Origin: Zootoca vivipara
Lineage: Eukaryota
Length of the DNA stretch: 64,000 bases
NCBI RefSeq assembly: GCF_963506605.1
Contig: NC_083280.1
Coordinates: 32,364,001-32,428,000 of the forward strand
Direction of reading: 5' to 3'
The position numbers and the translations under genes are program-made. The notes under the pieces were generated by a model. That model searched no databases, had not been told where the DNA came from, and saw only the letters and a program-made list of their open reading frames with translations. Positions 51,550-64,000 of the stretch are shown piece by piece. Each line of letters starts with the position of its first letter. Position 1 is the stretch's first letter.

Positions 51550-52021
51550 GTTTTTATTATTACTATTACTATTATTAATATTCTTATTAAATTTTTATTC
51601 ACTTTTCTTTTTCTATCATTACATACATCTCATATCAATAATATTTATATTACAACACCTCTTCCCTCCCCTCCTGGGCTTCCCCCAACTTCCACTTCTC
51701 ATTTGTTTCCCCTTATTTCATACTGCTGTTTCTTAAAACTCCACTATATCATTTCTTTATCGTTTTAAATGTTCTTTGTTAATAAAGATGTGAGTGTTCA
51801 TTTAAATCCTGCCATCGAGTCAATAGTCTTCTTTCGTATCTGCAAATATATTATAAATGGCTCCTACTCTTTTTCAAAGTCACTGTTGTCTTTTTCTCGA
51901 AGTCTGTTCATCAATTTTGCCAGTTCTGCATAGTTCATCAATTTCTCTTGCCATTGTTCTTTAGTTGGCATTTCTCTGGTCTTCCACTTTTGTGCTATCG
52001 GAATTCTCGCTGCTGTAGTAG
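51550..52021 (-). mobile_element. L1-like LINE 3' fragment
   Basis: ATTAARIPIAQKWKTREMPTKEQWQEKLMNYAELAKL, homologous to the 4.7-5.2 kb fragment. Confidence 0.75.
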
Positions 52022-52537
52022 CCAGGGCCGTCTTAAGCATATCCGGCCCCGTGGTGCGAAGATCCCTCTGGCACACACACCCCTCCATTTCCCAGACCCA
52101 GAGTTGTTGACCTTTTTTAGGAAGGGGGAGTCCAGAGAGGAGCTTGCCCCATATTCCCTACAGGGGGCGGGCAGTCACGCGGTTTGGCCCAAAGACCAGC
52201 GAACTTCCCGCTCCTGAGTCTTTAGAGCCCAGCAGCAAGCCGAGGTTGACGTCGAAGGGGGAGCCCCCTGCTCTGGAGGGCGAACGGCTCTCCTCCTCTT
52301 TGGCTCACCTGCCGGGTGGGCGGGCTCTGGCCACGCTCTCCGCGGAGCCTTCATGGTCCAGGGCGCAGGCAGCGCTGAGCGCGGCAGCCAGGAGCTCCAT
52401 GCGAGGCGGCAAAAGCGACAGCTTTAGAGTTGCAGAACCAGCGAGACTCCTGCCTAGAGTGGAGGCCATTGCTTGTTGCAGGTCCTTCCACCCCAGTGGA
52501 CAAGCTGCTCCCAGAATTCCAGTTTAACTGTGCATTG

Positions 52538-52627
52538 CATAGCTGCCAAGTTATCCCTTTTTTAAAGGGATTTTCCCTTATGCTGAATAGGCTTCCTCGC
52601 GAGAAAAGGGAAAACTTGGCAGCTATG
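52538..52627. mobile_element. ~90-bp hAT MITE, copy 3 (opposite orientation to copies 1-2)
   Basis: 8-bp TSD gtgcattg. Confidence 0.9.
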
Positions 52628-54648
52628 GTGCATTGTATGAAGTTTTTGTCTTTCCTGAATCCTGAATCTTCAGTATTCAGCTTCATTGGTTGATGCCCAG
52701 TCACCTGCCAAGAAGTGGTTAAGGGCTCATGCTTCCACTTTACCCACTGCTTTCCCCTGGGGAAAACTACTATTTGGCACTCCATCAGAGCAAACAGCAA
52801 TTTGGTTCCCCCCCCCAAATTTTCATTTGTTCTGATCTATTGCTAAGGAGCAGTTTTTTTTCCCTTGGAAAGGAGCAGGGTAAGGGGGGGAATCATGCCC
52901 ATGCCTTCTAGGCACAGCAGAAATGGAAGTGTGGGTGGGCCATAGGCTCACTGTCAATGTATTTGAAACATTTTTACTAGAATACTACTTGAAGTTGCAT
53001 TCCATACAAGATGACATCTGTTTGCTTCTCTTGGGTTAAGGTTTGTGTTATCATTTAAATTTTTTTTAAAAAAATAGACTATGTTTATGGAACTGACACT
53101 GTGAAATTCCCAATCTGTTCCATCCCAATTAAGTCAGTTCAATTTCATTAACAGAATTCCTTTGTTCTGATGAAATATACTAGTGCATTTGTAGCTTACC
53201 CAAGCCACATTAATTTTCTTGGATAACTAGAGCTCACTGAGGATCTCCATTTGCAGCATAAGAAGTGTATGAAAAGATTTTCCTCAGTGCAATCTCCTAT
53301 TTTCTGTGAAACACCCAGGACATTCGGGTGACCTAGGAGAAACAGAATTGCTGCCTACATGGCACTCTGTGACATATAGCATACATTCAAGCCATTAACT
53401 GAACCATCCTATGTACCAGGGTGGGGAACATTTTTTCCAAGGAGCCACATTCTCTTTGAGCAAGCTTCCCAATAGGTAGCTCCACGGCCCACAACACAGA
53501 GACTTGGGAGAGGGTCTAGGCCAGGATGAAGGAACCTGAGTTCACTGTGGCCTAGCTCCAATGCTGGGAGAAGCATGAAAAAGTGGACTTCTGCCAAGAC
53601 TGTAGGGCTAATTTATCTGCCTGATATTCCAACTGTGGCTCACCTGTGTTCAGACCCCAGGCAGCATTCAGACAAGAGCCAGGTGGACAGAGAGGCATGG
53701 CATGGCAGATGTGGACCAATTGGAATTGAGCCTGTAATTCCATCGTGGCTGAGCACTTACTAGGGGACTTTGCTCATTTCTTTCTACAATCCCTGGAGCA
53801 TGGCAGTTCCACATATTTTATGTACTAGCAGCATATCTCAAGTTATCAGGACATTTATCAAATACTCTGCCCCATTCAGCCAGCAGTATTGGGTTGCTCT
53901 TTAAGACATGAGGATAACCAATGGTCATGTAATGAGAAATGTAAGATCAATTTCATATAAAAATGTAAAATATCAGAGTCTGAATCCATACTTTCAGTAC
54001 ATTTCATATAATTTGCATAACGATTGAACAATCTAATTTTTGAAGGTAATAATGCAAAGAAAACCCCATGCATTCTGAACAACCCTTTTTGTATCACGAA
54101 AGGAAAAAAGAGGGAAACATACTGTGGCATTACTACAGACCTTGTTTTTTTTGCAAATTTGCCAAATGATTTGATGGACAGCAAACATCAATCAATTTTT
54201 AAAATTGGCAAATGTACTAGTGCAGTGATAGTTGTTTGGAGTCCTGCTAAAATCTGTATGAATACTAAATGTGTTCCTGACAGTCATCTCATTCCAATAG
54301 CAGAGAAAATCTGTATCAAGACATGGACTGGGTCAGGACATGTCAATTCAACAATACACCAGCTTCTTCTGGTTGGATGCCTTCATCCTATAATCAAAGA
54401 TCCTTATGTAACTCATGCCCCTGGAGCAGGCATTATAAGCTTTTGGGGATTCTCTGGGCATGTTTCCAACCAGAGAAACTGTGAGCATCCTGCACACACT
54501 ACAACTTACACATGTATCACAGGGCCATGTGCATGCGCACTTGCTCTCCCCACCTTGCAAATCACCAGCAAGATCATGATCTTTTTGGAGAGTTAAATTT
54601 CCCTTCCTGGCTGTAAACTTCAGGAAAATCAGAAACATACATGCCACC

Positions 54649-54804
54649 NNNNNNNNNNNNNNNNNNNNNNNNNNNNNNNNNNNNNNNNNNNNNNNNNNNN
54701 NNNNNNNNNNNNNNNNNNNNNNNNNNNNNNNNNNNNNNNNNNNNNNNNNNNNNNNNNNNNNNNNNNNNNNNNNNNNNNNNNNNNNNNNNNNNNNNNNNNN
54801 NNNN
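54649..54804. other. Assembly gap (N run)
   Basis: Run of N. Confidence 1.
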
Positions 54805-56576
54805 CAGGCCTAAAAGCAGCAAGGACCAAGAACTAGATCCTTTTGGGAGCCTTTTTAGTGACTCATGGCCTGCATGAAAAACTAAGTGAACATCAAATGA
54901 TTTAGATGTGCTTTCACAGATATAATCTATTAAATTTAATTTCCATAAGAATTGATAGTGTGGATGGGAATGCACCTTCATATCCACTTCACAACTATAC
55001 ATGCCCACCTGTTATGTAGGGTCACTACACTTCTAATAATAAGCCTTAGTACTGTGATGGGGAACCTGGGTCACTCCAGATGTTGTTGGACTATAACTTC
55101 CTTTTGCCTCAGCCAGCAAACCCAATGTTCAGGGGTGTTGAGAGTTTTAGCCCAACAAAATTTGGAGGGCTACAGGATCCCCATCCCTGCCTTAGTATAT
55201 GTGACTGTCACTTGGTCTGGACCACTGTGTGCTGAACCAAAAAACATTAAAATGTCGGCAGCAATATAGGCTGCCTTCTAAAAGTAGTATTCTATAACTG
55301 CCTGATAAATAGGCCGTGGAAAAATATATATGCTATATATGCACCCATGCAAAAATATTTAATAGTTCATGCTTCTCTGATACCATCCTATGTGCTCCCA
55401 ACCCCAAAATATATTTCTTCTCTATGCTCTGTTTTTGCCTCTTGTTCCCAGACTGTCACATAAAACTGCTGTTTAACCTCTCTTGCACTGCCTTACATCC
55501 CTGTTTGCTCCCTGCCTCATTGCTGTCTTCAGATCTATTATCTCCTATCAGTGCTGACACTTGAATCTCCCAATGTGCCATGAACTGTAACCTCTTTGGG
55601 TGTGATTTTACAACCTGTGCTGAACTTTGCAAGATTAGGGTCAAATGCTGGAATATTGCTAGAATGCCTACACACAAAGGCCAAGGGGGTCCCCAGTATC
55701 TCTAATGGTTGTGCCGAATAGGTCATTTTGACAGAATTTCTTACTCCTGGATGGCGAGCTACTGAAATTCCCTTCTCAATAGCATAGGCATTCTGTTATT
55801 TGTTTGGTGTGGCTTTTCAGAGCCTGGTGGTGATGCAATGATGCAGATTGGGGGCTGTTTGTCTTGCTGACTCAAGTTGCCAATGCAGTAACTGGACTGT
55901 TCTTTTGCTAAATCTGAAATGGGTGTAGAATGAATGGCAAGTTATGGCTATGTGCAATATTAAGAAGAGAAATTTAGCATGCCATTTGGAAAACTCTCTG
56001 AAATCTGAGAAAGAGCCTGTGGTTTTTGTTCTTCTTCTTCTTTTGCATCATAATTTTAAGGTTCAAATTGCATTTGTGCTCAAATGCTTTGAACAGCTTC
56101 CCCAAATGCTTTGTAAAACCCTCAGTCCTCCTCCAACAAGAGGTCACTAACCATTTCTGATAGTATCTCATTTCTAGCAAACGCTGCTTTAAGTTTGCTA
56201 ATTACAGACTTGAATGCCTTGTCATTTTCTCTCTCTTTCAACACATCCGAGTACTTAAAGAACCAATCTACAATCTGAAAAGAATAATGTCCCTTCATAA
56301 TCAGAACAGTCTGTGTCATTTTATGCCAATGTGCATGGAATGTAATGTAGGCATGGGGAACATTCTGCCTTGCTTCCTTTGTTTGCAGATACAAAAGTTC
56401 TGCATGTTATTACAGAATATCCAGTGCCATGAAAGACATCTGGTCAAAGCTTTACTTGAATTAGTTCTGTCTGCCTTTGGTTTAATTAATCTGTATCATA
56501 GCCTTCTTTCTAGTGAGTGTCATTTTACAGTGGAATTACGGAAGCACTGCCATTGCCCAGGAAGTATATAGCCATA

Positions 56577-57043
56577 CAGGTGAAAATCGGAAAATTAGAA
56601 TATCGCCGAAAAGTGCATTTATTTCAGTAACACAATTCAAAAGGTGAAACCAATATATGAGATAGATGCATGACATGCAAAGCAAGATATGTCAAGCCTT
56701 TATTTGTTCTAATTGTAATTATTTGTCGTTAGGCGGGTCAATTATAAATGGAATGTAATTAATGAAATGTAATAGCAATGCTTATTTTTGTTTATTTTTG
56801 TATTATTGTAACTATTTGTTTCATAGCTGCCAAGTTATCCCTTTTTTTAAGGGAAATTCCCTTATGCTGAATAGGCTTCCTCGCAAGAAAGGGGAAAACT
56901 TGGCAGCTATGATTTGTTTTATTACTGTGGAATTTCCAAAAGAAAGAATTTGTAAAAATTAAAGGAAAAATTAAAAAGAATCAGTTGCATTACTGAAATA
57001 AATGCACTTTTTGATGATACTCTAATTTTCTGAGTTTCACCTG
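56577..57043. mobile_element. Tc1-like non-autonomous element with ~54-bp TIRs
   Basis: TA|caggtgaaaatcggaaaattagaatatc..aaaagtgcatttatttcagtaa and its inverse ending tctaattttctgagtttcacctg|TA. Confidence 0.88.
56822..56911. mobile_element. ~90-bp hAT MITE, copy 4, nested in the Tc1-like element
   Basis: 8-bp TSD atttgttt. Confidence 0.9.
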
Positions 57044-57155
57044 TATCCCTGAATCTTCATTGACTGAGCATTAGAGAGAACAGGAAGTACTGTAATGTTA
57101 ATTGAGCCTATCTTGCAGTTGCAAGAATGATGCCCATTCACAGTTCTGGGCCATG

Positions 57156-57291
57156 AAGTGCTATTTTTCTAGGAAAAGATGTGCTGGAACTCACCATGAA
57201 CACCTCCCTCATTCTCTTAGAATGGCAACGGCGTCCACCTGAAAGGTGCCGGAAGTGAGTTCTGACGAATTCTGGCTGAAAAAAAGCCCTG
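57156..57291. mobile_element. hAT MITE (CAGGGCTTTTT-type TIR)
   Basis: aagtgctattttt ... aaaaaaagccctg, near-perfect TSD gggccatg / aggccatg. Confidence 0.7.
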
Positions 57292-58314
57292 AGGCCATGT
57301 ATGAAGAAAGTGTGTATGTGTGTGATTAAAAAACTGCATTCCTCAGATATCAAATGGGGGGCGTGGAAATGCTCCATAATAGGCAGCTTGACAGGTTAAT
57401 GGGTCCAAGTTGTTAAAGGTTTTGTGCATGCTAAAAACGTTCACAAATGGAAACACACATTTTTCATCACCCCCCCCTTCCCCGGCATCCTCCTAGAATA
57501 CTTATTGCCTACCATGCCTGGTCCTCCAGTTCTCTTTTTGCAATCCTTAAGTGAAGACAGTCGCTTATGCTTCATTTCAGTTTTATTAGGCTTTTTTTCT
57601 TTTTACTTGAACAGATTCATGCCCTCTCACAATGAGTCCATACAGTAGCTGAGGTATCAGATGCTGAAAACCCACTCAAATGCTCACATTCTAGCTGCTA
57701 GACTGAACCTACCTGTACTTTCCTATATTTGCATACAGTACTTTTTTCTTGCACATCTAATACAAGTACAGGCATGTAGCTAATGTTAACCATCCATTAT
57801 AATCGGAAGGAAATGTGATGCATCTGTTGTGTATACCATATGGTGTGGGAAGAAGGCAAACCATCTGCTTACAAAATAATACTCAAACCTTTTTCCCTTC
57901 AGTCCTGATAAAGACTATCCACCTCCGCTTTGATGTTGTGCTTGAACACTGTGTACATGAAGGGGACCTTTCATTTGAAACAGGTCCAGGGATTCATTGC
58001 ACATTCTCCCCAAACCTGAGAAGCTCTAAAGTCCCTACAGAGCATAAAACATTGTTTAATTTAGTTGTGGAATGATGGGTAGCATGTCTGGCTGCTGCCC
58101 TCCATCACATCTTTTTCTCCATCCAACCTTGGCCACACATCAACATCATTGCAACAAGGGAACACCTGTACTAAAACTTCACATCATAGATAGTTTATTA
58201 CGGTCGGAAACCAGCATATAAAACACACTTGGGGGTACAATCCCAGAAGGAACACAAACATTTAAAACATTGAACAATAAATTTAAAATTTATAAATGCG
58301 ATAAGCGTATAGAT

Positions 58315-58453
58315 CAGGCACCCCCAAACTGCGGCCCTCCAGATGTTTTGGCCTACAACTCCTCCCATGATCCCTAGATAACAGGACCAGTGGTCAGGGA
58401 TGATAGGAATTGTAGTCCAAAACATCTGCAGGGCCGAAGTTTGGGGATGCCTG
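58315..58453. mobile_element. Palindromic hAT MITE, same family as 39062-39197
   Basis: Same arms; TSD gtatagat. Confidence 0.92.
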
Positions 58454-58579
58454 GTATAGATACTAAAAACTTTGAGATAAGCTACTGCAGAGAAATGACC
58501 CAGAGTCACCCGAGGGACCGAGTTTGGGGATTTTCTTGACAAACTAGTTTGGATCGGGTGGGGGGTGGGGGCGGTCTGC

Positions 58580-59265
58580 ACCTACAGATCTGAACGCAGA
58601 ATCTGGCGACCATCCGGGTTGTCTTTTGATCTTTGCCTAACAGGAGAAGATCAAATTTTTGCTTTTCTGGGAGGTCGGAGAGCCTCACCAGCAGGGGATC
58701 AATGATCTCACTACATGCTTCTTCATAAAAGGGACATCTAAAGAGTAAGTGCTCTGAGTTTCCTATCTCCCCCAATGAACAGGCACTGATTCTCTGAACA
58801 TATGGGACTTTTTAAAAGGATCCTTCCAGGACCGGCGAGGGCGAGAGTAAAGGCCCTTCTTGCATTTTTGGATACTAGAAAGTAGAGATATGCTGCCAGT
58901 GCAGCTATATATCTCTTGAGTTCTCCAATTTTATAGTCAGGGCACCTTGAGCGATCCTGTTGTCTCTCGGTATGGATGATTCTTTGCCTAACCATAGCTT
59001 TTGCTTGGCTCAACCCCAGACTTACAGGGGCTTGAGGGGCAAAACCTAGTTTCTGAAGGGTATTCAGGACTGCTGTCTGCCAGCCTGACTGGAACTGGTT
59101 GCAGAGGATCAGTGGGGCTATTCCTTGGGGGAGCAGATTCAATGACAGCCATTTGTAGATTGATGTTGGGCAGATATAATGTTTTATGTTGTTGGACTGT
59201 TGCTATTCCACTTTGGATGGGACTCGGCAGTTATCCTGACTCACCCAAGCAATTCATCACACCAT
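58580..59265 (-). mobile_element. Decayed LINE ORF2 C-terminus (RTE-X-like), cut by an assembly gap
   Basis: RRAFTLA and EHLLFRCPFYEE...LLLLGKDQKTTRMVARFC resemble the Cys/His C-terminal region of such LINEs. Confidence 0.6.
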
Positions 59266-59438
59266 NNNNNNNNNNNNNNNNNNNNNNNNNNNNNNNNNNN
59301 NNNNNNNNNNNNNNNNNNNNNNNNNNNNNNNNNNNNNNNNNNNNNNNNNNNNNNNNNNNNNNNNNNNNNNNNNNNNNNNNNNNNNNNNNNNNNNNNNNNN
59401 NNNNNNNNNNNNNNNNNNNNNNNNNNNNNNNNNNNNNN
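59266..59438. other. Assembly gap (N run)
   Basis: Run of N. Confidence 1.
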
Positions 59439-59803
59439 AAGCCTATTGCTAGATATTAAAGCTGGATTCCATACCAGTTTATCTGTTGTTACAGTCCAGT
59501 AAGTACATAGCCAAAAAAAGTCTGCATATCTCCCAAATGCTGCATTGTCTTTCCTTGTCCACCAGCATTAACTTTCTCAAAATGCTCTTATAAGATTAGC
59601 CTCATCAAGCTCAGCAATAATCAAGGAACCAGATTTACTGTAATTTACTCTCATAATATAATCATGTGTTCCATTACTTGTTTCACAAGCTATTTTAGAC
59701 GTTGCTTTATTTTAATCCTGACAGTGTCATTTCTCATTAAGCATCTAACTTCTTCAGGTGCACAATAAGGCTGTTGGAAAATGGTTTCATGTGCCTGTTC
59801 TTT

Positions 59804-59955
59804 GTGGTACAGTATAGGGCTTTAAGGCATGGGAGACTCTTAATTTCAGGGCCATGGGTTCGAGCCCCACATTGGGCAAAAAGATTCCTGCATTGCAAGG
59901 GTTGGACTAGATGACCCTTGTGGTCCTTTCCAACTCAGAAGCTATGATTCTATGG
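59804..59955 (+). mobile_element. tRNA-head SINE with CR1-type 3' tail
   Basis: gactcttaatttcagggccatgggttcgagcccc followed by gttggactagatgacc...ttccaact...atgattctatg. Confidence 0.75.
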
Positions 59956-61349
59956 ATTACAAGGGCCCAGAAGGGATCTATTCCATTTTGAGTTGACCCA
60001 CCTAAACAACTCTTCTGAGAAGGCTGCAGAAGAGCACAATTTTGCTAAAATTGAGAGGAGAGGAGCCAGTGGGATGAGGAACATAGATAACTGCCTTATA
60101 CTGAGTCAGACTATTGGCCTATCTAGCTCAGCATTGTTGGCACTGACTGGCAGCAGCTTTACTTCATCACAGGCAGGCATCCTCCCAACCCTACTTGGAG
60201 ATGCTGGGAACTGTACCTGTGTACAAAGGATGGGAGCTGCCTCCAAGCTATGGCCTGTGGAGTTCAATAATTCAAACATCAACAGACATGCAATTGTATA
60301 GTGAGAGCACTCCTGATCCATGTATTAAAACCTATACCACAAACCAACAGCTCCGACAGGTAAGTGGACCAAGAGAACAATAAAGCAAAGTAGGGATTGC
60401 TCCATGTTAGGGATCAGCAAATCTGTCCATTTCATTTTCTCTCCATTTCGATTTTTTCCAATCTTAAGTTTAATTCCCCACATGAGACTGTGATTTATTT
60501 ATTTTTATCCTCTAGGAGATTCATTAGCATTTTAGTGCAAATGCACATGTTTGTACACTGTTTTGTTCAACATACACAATTTTGCAAAGCATTTCCCCCT
60601 AAAATAATGCCTTTTTAATGTTACATGGATTTCTGTACGTACTCCTTACTTGGTTGGAGAACTGCGTTTCAAAAGTCAGAGTACAATACAGATTTCCAAG
60701 GTGACTGTGTTTTGGTACTCCATTATTTTGGAAAGAGTGAATTATGTATGTTTGCTTTTAATGTGACCTGAATCAGATTTCTTCTCCATTCCTACTCCCT
60801 GTATGCAAATATAGTGCACAATGTTTCTGACATGCAGAAGAAAGGAGCCCTGCCCCCCCCCAAGGTATCCATGTGCTTATTGGAGCTTTAAATAATGCCT
60901 ATAACTCATTCCACTAACCTATGGCATTTGAATACCTGCTTTTAATCCCTGACATCTTGCAGCCAATAACACATTTACCTTCCCCAGGAAGCCTTCATAA
61001 GAACACAAAAGAGCCTTATAAAAAGTGTAGGAATACAAATAGGCTGTTTTGTAGGAAATGGTCCCATTTATTAAATACATCTAAGGATATTTCAGCTGCT
61101 GAGCTGAGCCCTCTCTTTTCACGTGGATTCATCCTTAGCTTACATTCACCTGTTGTCTCTTATCTGTTGCTTACCTTGCAAGCTCTTTGTGCCCAGGGCT
61201 TTTCGAAACGTGCTTATGTACTGCCTGGCTACAAAAGGTGTTTTTGTATGCCGCCACAAAAATATAATTAATGGCCCGCAGTGCTTCAAATGACGGTGGG
61301 AGGACCTTAAATATGCTTTATACTATGCAAAACGAAAGGAAAAGGAAGC

Positions 61350-64000
61350 GAAAGGAAAGTCCGATGCTGTAAAGAAAAATATTGCATAGGAACCTGGAAT
61401 GTAAGAACCATGAGTGGAGGTAAGCTGGATGTGGTCAAAAATGAGATGACAAGAATAAATATAGACATCCTGGGCATCAGTGAACTAAAATGGAAGGGAA
61501 TGGGCGAATTCAGTTCGGGTGACTATCGTATCTACTACTGTGGGCAAGAATCCTGTAGTAGAAATGGAGTGGCCCTCATAGTCAACAAAAGAGTGGCAAA
61601 AGCTGTAATGGGATGCAATCTCAAAAATGACAGAATGATCTCGATACGAATCCAAGGCAGACCTTTTAACATCACAGTAATCCAAGTTTATGCACCAACT
61701 ACCGGAGCTGAAGAAAGTGAAATTGACCAATTCTATGAAGACCTACAACACCTTCTAGAAATGACACCAAAGAAGGATGTTCTTCTCATTACAGGGGATT
61801 GGAATGCTAAAGTAGGGAATCAAGAGATAAAAGGAACAACTGGCAAGTTTGGCCTTGGAGTTCAAAATGAAGCAGGGCAAAGGCTAATAGAGTTCTGTCA
61901 AGAGAACAAGCTGGTCATCACAAACACTCTCTCCCAACAACACAAGAGACGACTCTACACATGGATATCACCAAATGGGCAGCATCGAAATCAGATTGAT
62001 TATATTCTCTGCAGCCAAAGATGGAGAAGCTCTATACAATCAGCAAAAACAAGACCTGGAGCTGACTGTAACTCAGATCATCAGCTTCTTATAGCAAAAT
62101 TCCAGCTTAAACTGAAGAAAGTAGGAAAAACCACTGGGCCAGTAAGATACAATCTGAATCAAATCCCTTATGAATACACAGTGGAAGTGAGGAACAGGTT
62201 TAAGGATTTAGATTTGGTGGACAGAGTGCCTGAAGAACTATGGATGGAGGCTCGTAACATTATACAGGAGGCAGCAACGAAAACCATCCCAAGGAAAAGG
62301 AAATGCAAGAAAGCAAAATGGCTGTCCAACGAGGCCTTACAAATAGCGGAGGAGAGGAGGCAAGCAAAATGCAAGGGAGATAGGGAAAGATACAGGAAAC
62401 TGAATGCAGATTTCCAAAAAACAGCAAGGAGAGACAAGAGGGTCTTCTTAAATGAGCAATGCAAAGAAATAGAGGAAAACAATAGAATGGGGAAAACCAG
62501 AGATCTGTTCAAGAAAATTGGAGATATGAAAGGAACATTTCGTACAAAGATTACCATAATCAAGGACAAAAGTGGTAAGGACCTAACAGAAGCAGAAGAC
62601 ATCAAGAAGAGGTGGCAAGAATACACAGAGGAATTATACCAGAAAGACATGGAGGTTTCGTACACCCCAGGTAGTGTGGTTGCTGACCTTGAGCCAGACA
62701 TCTTGGAGAGTGAAGTCAAATGGGCCTTAGAAAGCACTGCTAATAACAAGGCCAGTGGAAGTGATGATATTCCAGCTGAACTATTTAAAATTTTAAAAGA
62801 TGATGCTGTTAAGGTGCTACACCCAATATGCCAGCAAGTTTGGAAAACTCAGCAATGGCCAGAGGATTGGAGAAGATCAGTCTACATCCCAATTCCAAAG
62901 AAGGGCAGTGCCAAAGAATGCTCCAACTACCGCACAATTGCGCTCATTTCACACGCTAGCAAGGTTATGCTTAAAATTCTACAAGGCAGGCTTAGGCAGT
63001 ATGTGGACCGAGAACTCCCAGAAGTGCAAGCTGGATTTCGAAAGGGCAGAGGAACCAGAGACCAAATAGCAAACATGTGCTGGATTATGGAGAAAGCTAG
63101 AGAGTTCCAGAAAAACGTCTACTTCTGCTTCATTGACTATGCAAAAGCCTTTGACTGTGTCGACCACAGCAAACTATGGCAAGTTCTTAAAGAAATGGGA
63201 GTGCCTGATCACCTCATCTGTCTCCTGAGAAATCTCTATGTGGGACAAGAAGCTACAGTTAGAACTGGATATGGAACAACTGAGTGGTTCAAAATTGGGA
63301 AAGGAGTACGACAAGGTTGTATATTGTCTCCCTGCTTATTTAACTTATATGCAGAATTCATCATGCGAAAGCCTGGACTAGATGAATCCCAAGCCGGAAT
63401 TAAGATTGCCGGAAGAAATATCAACAACCTCAGATATGCAGATGACACAACCTTGATGGCAGAAAGCGAGGAGGAATTAAAGACCCTTTTAATGAGGGTG
63501 AAAGAGGAGAGCGCAAATTATGGTCTGAAGCTCAACATCAAAAAAACCAAGATCATGGCCACTGGTCCAATCACCTCCTGGCAAATAGAAGGGGAAGAAA
63601 TGGAGGCAGTGAGAGATTTTACCTTCTTGGGCTCCTTGATCACTGCAGATGGTGACAGCAGTCACGAAATTAAAAGACGCCTGCTTCTTGGGAGAAAAGC
63701 AATGACAAACCTAGACAGCATCTTAAAAAGCAGAGACATCACCTTGCCGACAAAGGTCCGTATAGTTAAAGCTATGGTTTTCCCAGTAGTGATGTATGGA
63801 AGTGAGAGCTGGACCATAAAGAAGGCTGATCGCCGAAGAATTGATGCTTTTGAATTATGGTGCTGGAGGAGACTCTTGAGAGTCCCATGGACTGCAAGAA
63901 GATCAAACCTATCCATTCTTAAGGAAATCAGCCCTGAGTGCTCCCTGGAAGGACAGATCGTGAAGCTGAGGCTCCAATACTTTGGCCACCTCATGAGAAG
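61350..64000 (+). mobile_element. Bov-B (RTE clade) LINE with APE endonuclease and reverse transcriptase; runs off the window
   Basis: KVRCCKEKYCIGTWNVRTMSGGKLDVVKNEM, TGDWNAKVG, NQIDYIL, SDHQLL, NYRTIALISH, CFIDYAKAFDCVDH, KGVRQGCILSP and NLRYADDT are in the same frame at both ends checked (ATG 61410; YADD 63435-63446). Confidence 0.96.

Noticed and set aside
54024-54596. 190-aa ORF, the longest non-repeat ORF in the track
   Set aside because: Non-ATG start, no recognisable motif or splice context; consistent with a chance ORF.
54574-59502. ORFs containing X runs
   Set aside because: Artefacts of reading through the two N gaps.
62168-63994. Minus-strand ORFs up to 193 aa
   Set aside because: Antisense shadows of the Bov-B coding sequence.

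Overview
This is eukaryotic vertebrate DNA. The repeat families (Sauria/Squam1 and Squam3-type SINEs, Bov-B, Poseidon-type Penelope) point to a squamate, probably a lacertid lizard. The window holds the 5' part of one spliced gene on the minus strand, PXYLP1 (ACPL2, 2-phosphoxylose phosphatase 1). Its parts are a CpG-island promoter and probable non-coding exon 1 at ~50.4-50.8 kb and three coding exons (22806-22884, 5501-5662, 3882-4008). The exons splice in frame and give the signal anchor and the RHGDRYP histidine-phosphatase motif; later exons appear to lie left of the window. The rest is intronic or upstream sequence dense in transposable elements: nine Sauria SINE copies, many TA-flanked Tc1/mariner/pogo MITEs, hAT MITEs with 8-bp target-site duplications (TSDs), L1, L2, CR1, RTE and RTE-X-like fragments, Penelope-like elements carrying minimal hammerhead ribozyme motifs, and a Bov-B LINE whose frame is open to the window edge. 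There are two assembly gaps. Nearly all other ORFs in the track are spurious or repeat-derived. I found no convincing previously undescribed system. The best leads are the Penelope hammerheads and their shared inverted-tail architecture, two overlapping uORFs just before the PXYLP1 start codon, an apparently intact Bov-B, and a cluster of four ~90-bp hAT MITEs upstream of the promoter. All family names come from recognition, not from a database search.
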